A program made the position numbers and the translations under genes. Shown here piece after piece: positions 49,728 through 58,596 of a stretch of DNA of 64,000 nt. Below the pieces are notes generated by a model, which saw only the letters and a list, made by a program, of their open reading frames with translations, did not search any database and had not been told where the DNA came from. Origin of the DNA: Pseudomonadales bacterium (lineage in GTDB: Bacteria > Pseudomonadota > Gammaproteobacteria > Pseudomonadales > GM7GCV1); the NCBI GenBank assembly GCA_965661125.1, contig CBFICI010000004.1, positions 40,544 through 104,543 of the forward strand. The letters are read 5' to 3'. Positions within the stretch are counted from its first letter, which is position 1, and each line of letters opens with the position of its first letter.

Positions 49728-52700
49728 ATGAAAGGGCAACTGAAGCAAAATCATTTACCCCTCTTCCTGCTGGCTGGTGCCATGGCCGGCGGATTGCAGG
49801 CGGACGACACCGAAATCTATCTGTCTACCAATACCGAGGTATTGGACGATTCGGTGCAGCCGAACCTGATGTTCGTAATGGATACCTCCGGCAGTATGGG
49901 GCAAAACATTGCCATTGAGGTGCCCAGCGACTCCGACGGGTTCGATTACGATCCCGCTGTGGACTACGGTGCTTCGGATGACAACCTGATTTATGTCTAC
50001 AACACCGACTACGATTATCTTGGCGTCACCCTGCCATACGAGCAATCGCAGTGCGACACCATGGAAAGCTTTTTTGCTGACAACCCGGGCTTCCCGATTT
50101 TTTCCGATGAGGCCCTGCAATGGCAGAGTCAGACCACTACGGAAATCATTGAAGAAGTCACTGTTGATTGCGTGGACGTTCTCGTGGGTGGCGGTTTTAG
50201 CTTCAGTGACAGCGACCAGGTCGATCGCCGCGAGTGGATTGATTATGGACCCTATGCTGTCGACACTGGGACCGAAGTCTCCGTTACCCTAACCAGCTCG
50301 AGCCGTGACGACCGCGTGTCTCTCTATGTGCGATTCGACCAGCGGCCGACCACGCGCAGCTACGACTGCCGCCGCCGCGATCTTCGCAACGAGAGTGATA
50401 GCTGTGTGCTTACTGCTGGTAACCGAGACGACGAAGTCTGGATTTCGGTCTATGGTGAGCGCGACAACGCCGACTACGAAATCGAATTCACGGTGGGCGG
50501 CGGCACCGAAGAGGTATGCACCGAAATAGTCACCGAAACCGAGGTAAACATTACCGAGGCCAACTGGACCGAGGCGCTGGAAACTTCCGACGACGCCGGT
50601 TGGATTATGGAGTGCCGCGATGACCGCGGCAATCACGGTGCCGATTCTGCCCCCTCGGTTGACTACGTGCAAAACTGCGGCAGCAACGACTGTGTGGCGC
50701 CTTCCTATACGGATCGCCGCTGGAACGAAATCAACTGGGGCGGCGTGGATACGCGTGTATTCATGAGCGCCAACTACCACGACTATGTTCAGCAGTTTGG
50801 TCCGCCGGATAGCCTGGATGGTTCAATTCCTACCGGCGACCCGGCCTCGACTTGTCGATCGGAGGCCGAGGGGTACCAGTTCACCCACGAGGGGCTGATT
50901 TACGAATGTGTCGAAAAGATGAACCTGCTGAAGAGCTCGGCCACTGAACTGGTCGCCTCTCTGTCGAATATGAATCTGGGCCTGGCCCGGCTGAACGGCA
51001 GTACCGGCGGTTATGTGCTGAACCGTATTCAGGATATCGACGGTACCATCGACGACGGCACGCCAGATCCGGACCCTAGGGTCAAGTCGGTGTACGAGAC
51101 CACCATTGACAACCTGCCGGCCAGTGGTTCAACGCCTTTGGCCGAAACCCTGTGGGAAATGATGCTCTATATGAGCGGTAACAACATCTATTACGGCGAC
51201 GATTCGGGTTCCAATACCGACCCGGCCGCCTACACGGGCAGTCAGTACAACACGCCGATGGATAATATTTGTCAGTCGAACAACGTGATTCTTCTGACAG
51301 ATGGTGAGCCGACAAGCGACGACGGAAGGGATGCGGCCATTCGCACCCTGACCGGCGAGTCTTGTACGTCGGTTTCCTACGCCACCACAGGGGCTGGCAC
51401 CTGTATGGATGAGCTGGCCGAATACATGGCCACCCACGATATGTCTACCGGGCCAAGCGGTTTGCCGGGTACGCAAACCATCAACACCTACACCATCGGT
51501 TTTGACATCGACCTGCCGCTGCTGGAAACCACGGCGCAGAAAGGCCAGGGCCAGTACTTTACGGTGAGCAATGCCTTTGAACTGCGCTCGGCCTTTACCA
51601 GCATTGTGGTGGATATTCTGGCCGAGTCCTCAACTTTTGTGGCTCCGGCGATCTCGGTGAACATCTTCAACCAGTTGCAGAACCGAGACGAAATTTACTT
51701 TGCCATTTTCCGGCCCAACAACTCGCCGCGCTGGACCGGCAACGTGAAGAAATTCCGCGTGGCATCCGATGGCACCATCTACGATGCCAATGGTTTGCCG
51801 GCCATCGACCCGGCCACCGGCTTTTTTGCCGATAGCGCGCAAGACCTCTGGTCGGCTATCGAGACGGGCAACGATGTGGACTCGGGTGGTTTCCGCGACG
51901 AGATGCCGGACAACCGCCGTGTTTACACCTACATCGGCAGCAATCCCAATGAGGTGAATCTGAGCGGCGACAGCGGTGCGCACCTCTTGAGCACCACCAA
52001 TAGCCTGATTACCAAGGAAATGTTGGGGCTGACCGCCGCTGCAACGGAATCCCAGCGTAACAACCTGATTCTCTGGGGTTCCGGTGAAGACCTGTTCGAC
52101 GAGGACGGCGACGGATTTACTTCCGACGCCAACCGCTTTGTCGGCGATGCGTTGCATTCGCGGCCCTTCCTGGTGACCTACGGTGGTACAGCGGCGAATC
52201 CGCAGGATGTGCTGTTTGTCAGTACCAACATGGGCTATCTGCACGCCATTGACGGCACCACAGGCGAAGAGATGTGGTCCTTTATCCCTCAGCAGTTCCT
52301 GGACAACATCAAGGCTTTCCAGGAGGGTGATACCAGCGAGCCCAAGGTCTATGGGCTGGACGGTGAAATTTCCCTTTGGGTTCAGGAGAGCGTCGAAGAC
52401 AGTGATGTCGATATCGAGGCGTCCGACGGCGACCATGTGTACCTCTATCTGGGTATGCGCCGCGGCGGCCGCGACTATTTCGCCTTTGATGCATCCAGCT
52501 ACGACCCCAACAACTGGGACAATATCAACCCGGTATTGAAGTGGCAGATTAACGGTGGCTCCGGCCCCTATGTGGACCTGGGTCAAAGCTGGTCTCGCAT
52601 GACTAAAGCCAAGGTGGCCTGGCAGTGCAGCGGCGACACCTGTGGCGAGCGTGACGTATTGTTCTTCACCGGCGGCTATGACACCCAGTATGACACCGCG

Positions 52701-53693
52701 ACTACCGCGACTACCGCGACAACCGGCACATTGGGCAACGCTATCTACATGATTGACGCCGATACAGGTGAGCTACTCTGGTCGGCCGGCAACAACGCCG
52801 ATGGTCGTACCGGACGCACCCACAACCTGCATATCGACGAGATGCATTATTCCATTCCGGGCTCGCCCAATGTGGTGGATGTGAATGCCGACGGCCTCGC
52901 CGACCTGATGTTTGCTGTCGATATTAACGGCAATGTGTTCCGCTTCGACCTGTCACCGGAAACCACCAGTGCGAGCGATCTGGCCACTGGTGGAGCGATT
53001 TACGAGCTGAATTCGAATGGCGATTTCCGCCGCTTCTACAACCAGCCCGATATCGTGCTTTCGCGACCGCGTGAGCAGGCTGCCTATGCCAACCTGGTGT
53101 TTGGTTCAGGCTATATGTCCAGCCCCCGCGATACCAGCCAGGATGATTCCATCTTTGTGTTGTTTGAGGACGACATCTTTGGCCCGCCGCTGAATGAAGA
53201 CGACCAGGTGACCTACACGCTCATTAGCTATGACGAGATCTACGATGCGCGTGGCGCCTCGGGTGCACCGGCCGATAAAAATACCAATGCACCTCATGGC
53301 TATCGCGTACCAATGGGTGCAACGGGTGAAAAAATGCTGCGCCCCGGGCTGATATTTGGCGATACCGTCACCTATACCAGCTATCTGCCCCAGGGCAATA
53401 CCAACACCGACTCCTGCACCGGCGGCCAATTGGGCGGGTCGCGCCTATACCGAATCAACCTGGCTACAGGTGAAACGGAGTTGACTATCGAAGAGACAGG
53501 TACCGATGAAGCCGGCGAGCCACTCGACTTTATCGAACTGGTTCGCCCCGGTATTGCGCCGGAAGGGACGGTTATATTCCTTGAGGAGGGCGTGGTACTC
53601 TGTATCGCAACCGAGTGTTCGTCCACGGGCGATCGCCGTCAGGTAGAGCGCGTTTACTGGAGAGAAGAAGATGCTGATCCACCCGACCTCTAA
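49728..53693 (+). CDS. pilY1: Type IV pilus tip-associated adhesin / biogenesis factor PilY1 (vWA N-domain with insert + C-terminal beta-propeller)
   Basis: Signal peptide, then DDTEIYLS. MIDAS DTSGS at 49881-49895 and LLTDGEPT near 51290. PilY1 C-domain motifs GYLHAIDGTTGEEMWSFIP. Ca-site-like DVNADGLAD at 52878-52904. Confidence 0.9.
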   Translation: MKGQLKQNHLPLFLLAGAMAGGLQADDTEIYLSTNTEVLDDSVQPNLMFVMDTSGSMGQNIAIEVPSDSDGFDYDPAVDYGASDDNLIYVYNTDYDYLGVTLPYEQSQCDTMESFFADNPGFPIFSDEALQWQSQTTTEIIEEVTVDCVDVLVGGGFSFSDSDQVDRREWIDYGPYAVDTGTEVSVTLTSSSRDDRVSLYVRFDQRPTTRSYDCRRRDLRNESDSCVLTAGNRDDEVWISVYGERDNADYEIEFTVGGGTEEVCTEIVTETEVNITEANWTEALETSDDAGWIMECRDDRGNHGADSAPSVDYVQNCGSNDCVAPSYTDRRWNEINWGGVDTRVFMSANYHDYVQQFGPPDSLDGSIPTGDPASTCRSEAEGYQFTHEGLIYECVEKMNLLKSSATELVASLSNMNLGLARLNGSTGGYVLNRIQDIDGTIDDGTPDPDPRVKSVYETTIDNLPASGSTPLAETLWEMMLYMSGNNIYYGDDSGSNTDPAAYTGSQYNTPMDNICQSNNVILLTDGEPTSDDGRDAAIRTLTGESCTSVSYATTGAGTCMDELAEYMATHDMSTGPSGLPGTQTINTYTIGFDIDLPLLETTAQKGQGQYFTVSNAFELRSAFTSIVVDILAESSTFVAPAISVNIFNQLQNRDEIYFAIFRPNNSPRWTGNVKKFRVASDGTIYDANGLPAIDPATGFFADSAQDLWSAIETGNDVDSGGFRDEMPDNRRVYTYIGSNPNEVNLSGDSGAHLLSTTNSLITKEMLGLTAAATESQRNNLILWGSGEDLFDEDGDGFTSDANRFVGDALHSRPFLVTYGGTAANPQDVLFVSTNMGYLHAIDGTTGEEMWSFIPQQFLDNIKAFQEGDTSEPKVYGLDGEISLWVQESVEDSDVDIEASDGDHVYLYLGMRRGGRDYFAFDASSYDPNNWDNINPVLKWQINGGSGPYVDLGQSWSRMTKAKVAWQCSGDTCGERDVLFFTGGYDTQYDTATTATTATTGTLGNAIYMIDADTGELLWSAGNNADGRTGRTHNLHIDEMHYSIPGSPNVVDVNADGLADLMFAVDINGNVFRFDLSPETTSASDLATGGAIYELNSNGDFRRFYNQPDIVLSRPREQAAYANLVFGSGYMSSPRDTSQDDSIFVLFEDDIFGPPLNEDDQVTYTLISYDEIYDARGASGAPADKNTNAPHGYRVPMGATGEKMLRPGLIFGDTVTYTSYLPQGNTNTDSCTGGQLGGSRLYRINLATGETELTIEETGTDEAGEPLDFIELVRPGIAPEGTVIFLEEGVVLCIATECSSTGDRRQVERVYWREEDADPPDL
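52695..52721 (+). repeat. 3 x 9-bp in-frame tandem repeat (ACCGCGACT) inside pilY1
   Basis: ACCGCGACT ACCGCGACT ACCGCGACA encodes TAT-TAT-TAT. Confidence 0.9.
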
Positions 53694-54081
53694 TCAACAG
53701 CGCGGTTTCAGCCTGGTCGAGTTGATGGTGACTATCGCCATCATCGCGATTCTGGCGGGTATCGCATTACCCCAGTACCAGCAGCGTATGATCAATACCA
53801 AGCGCGCCGACGGTATTCAGATGCTGCAGCGGGTAATGCAGTCGCAGGAGCGGTACTTTACCAATGAGCTAAGCTATACCACCGACCTGCGTGAACTGGG
53901 ATATTCGGTGGCATCCAGCCTCGAGACCACCGAGGGATACTACAAAATATCCGCCGCGGCCTGTGCGGGTTCAACCATCTCCCAGTGTGTTCTTCTCACG
54001 GCCGTTCCTCAGGGTGGGCAGGCCTCCGACGGAAACCTCACTTTGAATAGCCGGGGTGTGCAGGGCGGCAACTGGAACTAG
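53671..54081 (+). CDS. pilE: Type IV pilin-like minor pilin PilE
   Basis: Leader MLIHPTSNQQRG/FSLVELMVTIAIIAILAGIALPQY. It overlaps the pilY1 3' end by 23 nt. Confidence 0.85.
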   Translation: MLIHPTSNQQRGFSLVELMVTIAIIAILAGIALPQYQQRMINTKRADGIQMLQRVMQSQERYFTNELSYTTDLRELGYSVASSLETTEGYYKISAAACAGSTISQCVLLTAVPQGGQASDGNLTLNSRGVQGGNWN

Positions 54082-54126
54082 TTGCCCCCTGGTTGACGCT
54101 CTGGCCAACCTAACGAGATCGACAGT

Positions 54127-55011
54127 ATGAGCAAGCAGCTTTTCATTTCATTTTTTGTTGCGGGACTGCTCGCCGCTTGCAGCTCGGGTGAGCCGGAAAG
54201 CGCCGTAGTTGAGCCAACACCTCCCGCCGAGCCGATGAATATGGGTGAGGCAGAGCCATCCACCGATGCCGCCACCGATTCTTTTGAAGAGCGCAGCAAT
54301 CCCACAGAAACCGACCCACGCCCGATTGCAGAGCGAGTGAGCAGTGGCTTCGTTTCTCCTGGCCGCCCACAGGTCGATATTGCGTTGCATGCCAATCGCA
54401 AACCCCAGCTTGTCATTGAATGGGCCGGAATCGGTGAGGCGATGAGTGTGCTGGATGTTGCAGCCTACAACGGTTACTACACAGAAAACCTGTCCTGGGC
54501 GGTTGGCCCCGAGGGTTGGGTGGTCAGCCACAACACGCCTTCCATCCTTTCGCGTAACGCGGAAACCGGTGAAACCTGGGCCCGCCGACTGGCCGGTAAT
54601 CGACTGGCAAATGTGGATACCTACGAGGGTAGCTACGAGGATATTGCTGCCCACTTTGATGAAGAGTTTGATGCGGTCACTCTGGTGAACACCTTCCACG
54701 ACACCCATAACTTCGCCGGTGAGGAAGCAGCCCTTGCCATGTTGCAAAACCTCTATTCGGTGGTTTTGCCGGGCGGATTTTTACTTCTGATTGACCACGA
54801 GGGGGTCGAGGGCAACGACAACGCCTCGCTGCACCGTATCGATCCGGCCCTGGTGGAAACCATGCTGCAACAGGCAGGCTTTGAAGTAACGGCCAAGGCC
54901 AGCATTCTCAGCAACCCCGAGGATGACCGGGGCCTGAGCATTTTCGATCCGCAAGTGCGAGGCACAACCTCGCGCTTTATTTTGAAGGCCGGCAAACCGG
55001 CAGCAATGTAA
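54127..55011 (+). CDS. Lipoprotein with class I SAM-methyltransferase-like fold
   Basis: Lipobox FFVAGLLAAC. The methyltransferase-like core contains VLDVAAYNGYYTENL, FDAVTLVNTFHD and PGGFLLLIDH. Confidence 0.6.
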   Translation: MSKQLFISFFVAGLLAACSSGEPESAVVEPTPPAEPMNMGEAEPSTDAATDSFEERSNPTETDPRPIAERVSSGFVSPGRPQVDIALHANRKPQLVIEWAGIGEAMSVLDVAAYNGYYTENLSWAVGPEGWVVSHNTPSILSRNAETGETWARRLAGNRLANVDTYEGSYEDIAAHFDEEFDAVTLVNTFHDTHNFAGEEAALAMLQNLYSVVLPGGFLLLIDHEGVEGNDNASLHRIDPALVETMLQQAGFEVTAKASILSNPEDDRGLSIFDPQVRGTTSRFILKAGKPAAM

Positions 55012-55094
55012 AGGATGGCAAATGCAGTTGCTGGCAGCTTCAGCGGCTGCCCAAACTGCGCCACCAATAATCAACTTAACTCCCGGGGGGGAAT

Positions 55095-55505
55095 ATGATT
55101 CGTTTCACCATTGCACTGGCAGCTTTGCTGCTTAGCACCAGTCTTTTCGCGCACAGTGTTGGCGAGGCAGCCGGTCTGCGTTTTGTTTACGGTTCTTCGC
55201 CAGAACCCGCCATCACAGATGAATTGCTGAACATGCAATGGATTGTAAGAGGGCTGGAGTCGGGCGAACCGGCCGGCAACCTCACTGATATGTCCGTAAC
55301 CCTGAGTATGGGTGGCAAAAGCTGGGGTCCCTTCGAACCTGAAGCCGCCTTTGGCGAGCCGGGCCTGTATTCCACCGCGCACCTCTTTGCCGAGGCGGGA
55401 ACCTACGACGCCACACTGACCTTTAAACTTGAGGGTGCTAACGAGACGCACAGCATCACACTGGAGGCTCATATTGTGGATCGCGCCGATCTGGTAATTG
55501 AATAG
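55095..55505 (+). CDS. Hypothetical small secreted protein (predicted mature N-terminal His)
   Basis: GGGGGGAA RBS. Signal peptide MIRFTIALAALLLSTSLFA is followed by HSVGEAAG. The sequence is predicted beta-rich. I recognise no family. Confidence 0.55.
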   Translation: MIRFTIALAALLLSTSLFAHSVGEAAGLRFVYGSSPEPAITDELLNMQWIVRGLESGEPAGNLTDMSVTLSMGGKSWGPFEPEAAFGEPGLYSTAHLFAEAGTYDATLTFKLEGANETHSITLEAHIVDRADLVIE

Positions 55506-55526
55506 TTTTCCTATTCATGGAAAAAG

Positions 55527-55550
55527 GGCCGGCTATTGCCGGCCTTTTTT
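55527..55550 (+). terminator. Rho-independent terminator
   Basis: GGCCGGC-TATT-GCCGGCC is followed by TTTTTT and preceded by AAAAA. Confidence 0.85.
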
Positions 55551-55667
55551 GTGGGCGCTGGTTTCAGCATTTTTCTGTCGCACTGCGCCATCGATCTTGC
55601 CACGGGCTATTGGCTCGATAGCCAAGGGGGTATGGCACCCCTGTATTTCTGGTGTATGATTCTAGGC

Positions 55668-55751
55668 ATGAAAACACAGGTTCACAATTTTTCTGCCCCC
55701 TACCGCACGGCGTTCGCCGGGCTTCTGCTCGACCTGTTCCTTCTGCCCTGA
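55668..55751 (+). promoter_or_regulatory. Candidate Leu-rich leader peptide ORF upstream of leuA
   Basis: ATG..TGA encodes MKTQVHNFSAPYRTAFAGLLLDLFLLP, with 6 Leu in the last 9 codons. The stop codon lies in the loop of the hairpin TCTGCCC-TGA-GGGCAGA (55742-55757). An alternative ATG is at 55656. No strong SD is present. Confidence 0.3.
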
Positions 55752-55842
55752 GGGCAGATACTCTATTTCAAAAAATCAGGTTATCGCTGGTGTTCCCAAG
55801 GACGCCATAGGCTAATATTTCGATATCTATTCGGAACAGATC

Positions 55843-57387
55843 ATGAGCAAAGACAAGTTAGTAATATTTGATACCACCCTGCGGGATGGTGAACAAAGCC
55901 CGGGCGCATCCATGACCACAGACGAGAAATTGCGTCTGGCCAGGTTGCTGGAAAAATTGCGTGTCGATGTGATCGAGGCAGGTTTTGCTATTGCCAGCCA
56001 GGGTGATTTCGAGGCCGTCAAGCTGGTGGCTGACAACATTAAAGACAGTCGTGTAGCCAGCCTTGCACGGGCTTCGGAAAAAGATATCCGCCGCGCCGGC
56101 GAGGCTATCGCCGGTGCCAATGCCGGGCGCATCCATACCTTTATCGCCACTTCGCCCATTCATATGAAGTACAAGCTGCAAATGCAGCCGGATCAAGTGC
56201 TGGAGCGTGCGGTAGAGTCGGTCAAACTGGCGCGAAGCCTGTGCGACGACGTGGAATTTTCACTCGAAGATGGCAGCCGTTCCGAGTTCGACTTTATGTG
56301 CAGAATTACCGAAGCGGTTATTGAAGCGGGTGCCCGCACTATCAATGTGCCCGATACAGTAGGTTACGGAGAGCCAGGCGAGTACGGCGAACTGATTGGG
56401 CGCCTGATCGGCAGTGTCGCCAATGCGGACAAGGCGATATTTTCGGTTCATTGCCACAACGACCTGGGGCTTGCTGTGGCAAATTCGCTGTCGGCTGTTA
56501 AGGCGGGTGCGCGGCAGGTTGAATGCACCATTAATGGTTTGGGCGAACGCGCAGGCAATGCTTCGCTGGAAGAAATTGTGATGGCCGTGCGCACCCGCTC
56601 CGACCTGTTCGATGTTGAGACCGGCATTGATACCCGACAAATTGTTCCAGCATCGCGACTGGTTTCCAGCATTACCGGCTTCCCGGTACAGCCTAACAAG
56701 GCCATTGTTGGCGCCAACGCCTTTGCCCATGAGTCTGGCATTCACCAGGATGGCGTGCTCAAGCATCGCGAAACCTACGAGATCATGAGAGCTGAAGACG
56801 TTGGCTGGAAAGCCAATCGTCTGGTGCTGGGCAAGCATTCGGGGCGCGCTGCAGTGCGCGCCCGATTTGATGAGCTGGGGATTCAGTTCGCCAACCAGGA
56901 AGAGCTGGACATTGCGTTTGCTCGCTTCAAGGATTTGGCAGACAAGAAGCATGAAATTTATGACGAAGATCTGCAGGCGCTGGTAAGTGACGTTCGGTTG
57001 GAGAAGGCCGAAGATCGCTATCGTTTGGTTGATCTTGCGGTAACCACGGGTGGCGGCAAGCCGCCCAGGGTGCACCTGGTATTGCAGGTCGATGGTGAGC
57101 AGTGCAGCGTCGATTGCGAGGGCGACGGCGCGGTAGATGCCATTTTCAAGGGCATAGAGAAACTGGTCGAATCAAACTCCAACCTGGCGCTCTATTCGGT
57201 AAATGCCATTACCCAGGGTAGCGAATCCCAGGGTGAGGTGAGCGTTCGCCTCGAACGCAGTGGGCGTATCGTGAACGGAACCGGGGCAGATACCGACATT
57301 CTGCAAGCTTCTGCCAAGGCCTATTTGCACGCCCTCAACCTGCTTTTGGTTGAGGGGCGGGCGCACCCGCAACGCGAGGGCATCTAA
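55843..57387 (+). CDS. leuA: 2-isopropylmalate synthase
   Basis: [14 protein letters not shown] and [14 protein letters not shown] are present. The C-terminal LeuA allosteric domain is present. Confidence 0.96.
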   Translation: MSKDKLVIFDTTLRDGEQSPGASMTTDEKLRLARLLEKLRVDVIEAGFAIASQGDFEAVKLVADNIKDSRVASLARASEKDIRRAGEAIAGANAGRIHTFIATSPIHMKYKLQMQPDQVLERAVESVKLARSLCDDVEFSLEDGSRSEFDFMCRITEAVIEAGARTINVPDTVGYGEPGEYGELIGRLIGSVANADKAIFSVHCHNDLGLAVANSLSAVKAGARQVECTINGLGERAGNASLEEIVMAVRTRSDLFDVETGIDTRQIVPASRLVSSITGFPVQPNKAIVGANAFAHESGIHQDGVLKHRETYEIMRAEDVGWKANRLVLGKHSGRAAVRARFDELGIQFANQEELDIAFARFKDLADKKHEIYDEDLQALVSDVRLEKAEDRYRLVDLAVTTGGGKPPRVHLVLQVDGEQCSVDCEGDGAVDAIFKGIEKLVESNSNLALYSVNAITQGSESQGEVSVRLERSGRIVNGTGADTDILQASAKAYLHALNLLLVEGRAHPQREGI

Positions 57388-57390
57388 ATC

Positions 57391-58077
57391 GTGAGCTCGC
57401 ATGCACAGATGTTGCAACTGATGGGTATTCAGGCCTATCGGTTGCGATCTGAGCCGGCGCAAACCGAGTCGCCTGAGCTGGCTTCACAAGCAGCTGATTT
57501 AAAGCCTGCTGCGCCCCAGCCATCGGTTGAAATTAAGGCTGCATTGCAACCCGATACTGCAGTGGTGCAGGACAAGCCGGAAACCGATGTGCCGCAAATT
57601 GAAACGGCAGCAGACAGCAGGGTTGCTGCGCAGGCGAGCCGCGATGCCGGCTGTGAATATCTCTGGAGTGCCAGCGAGCAGCTCGTGATTTTCGGGCTAT
57701 CGGAAGCCGGATTTGAGCCAGACCATCAACAGCTGTTTGCGTCCATTAGCCAGGTGCTGAACACCAGGGCCGCGCGCAGCGGCATCGACCGCTGGCAGCC
57801 ACTTGCCGGAAAGTCGAGCAATCGGACTCGAACCTTGCGAATGCTGCTCGCCAACCTGGTACAACCAGCCTCTGACGGGCCGGTACTACTGCTGCTGGGT
57901 GCAGAGGCAGGCGTACTCTGGTCAGAGCAGGATTGGGATTTACTGCAGGGGTCGAGTCAACCTGCCGAGCCACCCTTTTCTGGCCTTCGGTTCGGCCCCG
58001 CATTGGAAGAAATGGTTCAGCGGCCTTACCTAAAGGCGCAACTGTGGCAACTTGCCCGCGATCTGGTGCCCGTCTGA
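57391..58077 (+). CDS. holD: Probable DNA polymerase III psi subunit (HolD-like, long form)
   Basis: N-terminal MLQLMGIQAYRLRS and C-terminal YLKAQLWQLARDL resemble E. coli HolD (QLQQLGITQWSLRRP ... AALWQQI, from memory). It lies immediately upstream of rimI, as in the E. coli holD-rimI pair. A Pro/Ala/Gln-rich linker is present. GTG start lies 3 nt after the leuA stop. Confidence 0.5.
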   Translation: MSSHAQMLQLMGIQAYRLRSEPAQTESPELASQAADLKPAAPQPSVEIKAALQPDTAVVQDKPETDVPQIETAADSRVAAQASRDAGCEYLWSASEQLVIFGLSEAGFEPDHQQLFASISQVLNTRAARSGIDRWQPLAGKSSNRTRTLRMLLANLVQPASDGPVLLLLGAEAGVLWSEQDWDLLQGSSQPAEPPFSGLRFGPALEEMVQRPYLKAQLWQLARDLVPV

Positions 58078-58097
58078 ACCCGCCGCAACTTCGTGCC

Positions 58098-58529
58098 ATG
58101 AAGCCTGACGATGTTGCAGGCGTGAGCAAACTGCAGTCCCGGCTGGACTTTTCTGGCTGGAATGAGGAGCAATGGCTCCGCTGCCTGGGCGAGAACTACC
58201 GCTGCTGGGTAGTTGATCGGCAGCAAGCCCTGGCTGCCTACTGCGCCTTCCTGATCTTGCCTGATGAAGCAGAATTGCTCGCCCTGGGTGTGTGCCCGCA
58301 GCAGCAAGGGCAGGGGCTGGCTCAAGCCCTGCTGAAGTCGGCTTTGATCTTGCTGCCCCCCAGCACAAATCGCTGCCTGCTGGAGGTTCGGCGCAGTAAC
58401 CTGCCGGCAATCAACCTTTACCGCAAGCTTGATTTTCGCGAAATTGCCACGCGCAGGGATTACTATCCGGCTGCTGGTGGCGGTCGCGAAGACGCGGTTG
58501 TGATGGAACTCGATTTAGCCAACAATTGA
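58098..58529 (+). CDS. rimI: Ribosomal-protein-alanine N-acetyltransferase
   Basis: GNAT core LLALGVCPQQQGQGLAQALL. LEVRRSNLPAINLYRKLDF and RRDYYP...REDAVVM are present. Confidence 0.85.
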   Translation: MKPDDVAGVSKLQSRLDFSGWNEEQWLRCLGENYRCWVVDRQQALAAYCAFLILPDEAELLALGVCPQQQGQGLAQALLKSALILLPPSTNRCLLEVRRSNLPAINLYRKLDFREIATRRDYYPAAGGGREDAVVMELDLANN

Positions 58530-58596
58530 TACCGAACAACAATGGCATGCTGGTCTGAGCTAGTATGCTAACTGCATCGCAGCGAGGTAACTTCTT

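Noticed and set aside
55536-55751. The 71-aa ORF 55536-55751 as a protein-coding gene.
   Set aside because: Its 5' part overlaps the rho-independent terminator at 55527-55550 and has no RBS. Only the 3' Leu-rich portion is considered, as a possible leader peptide.
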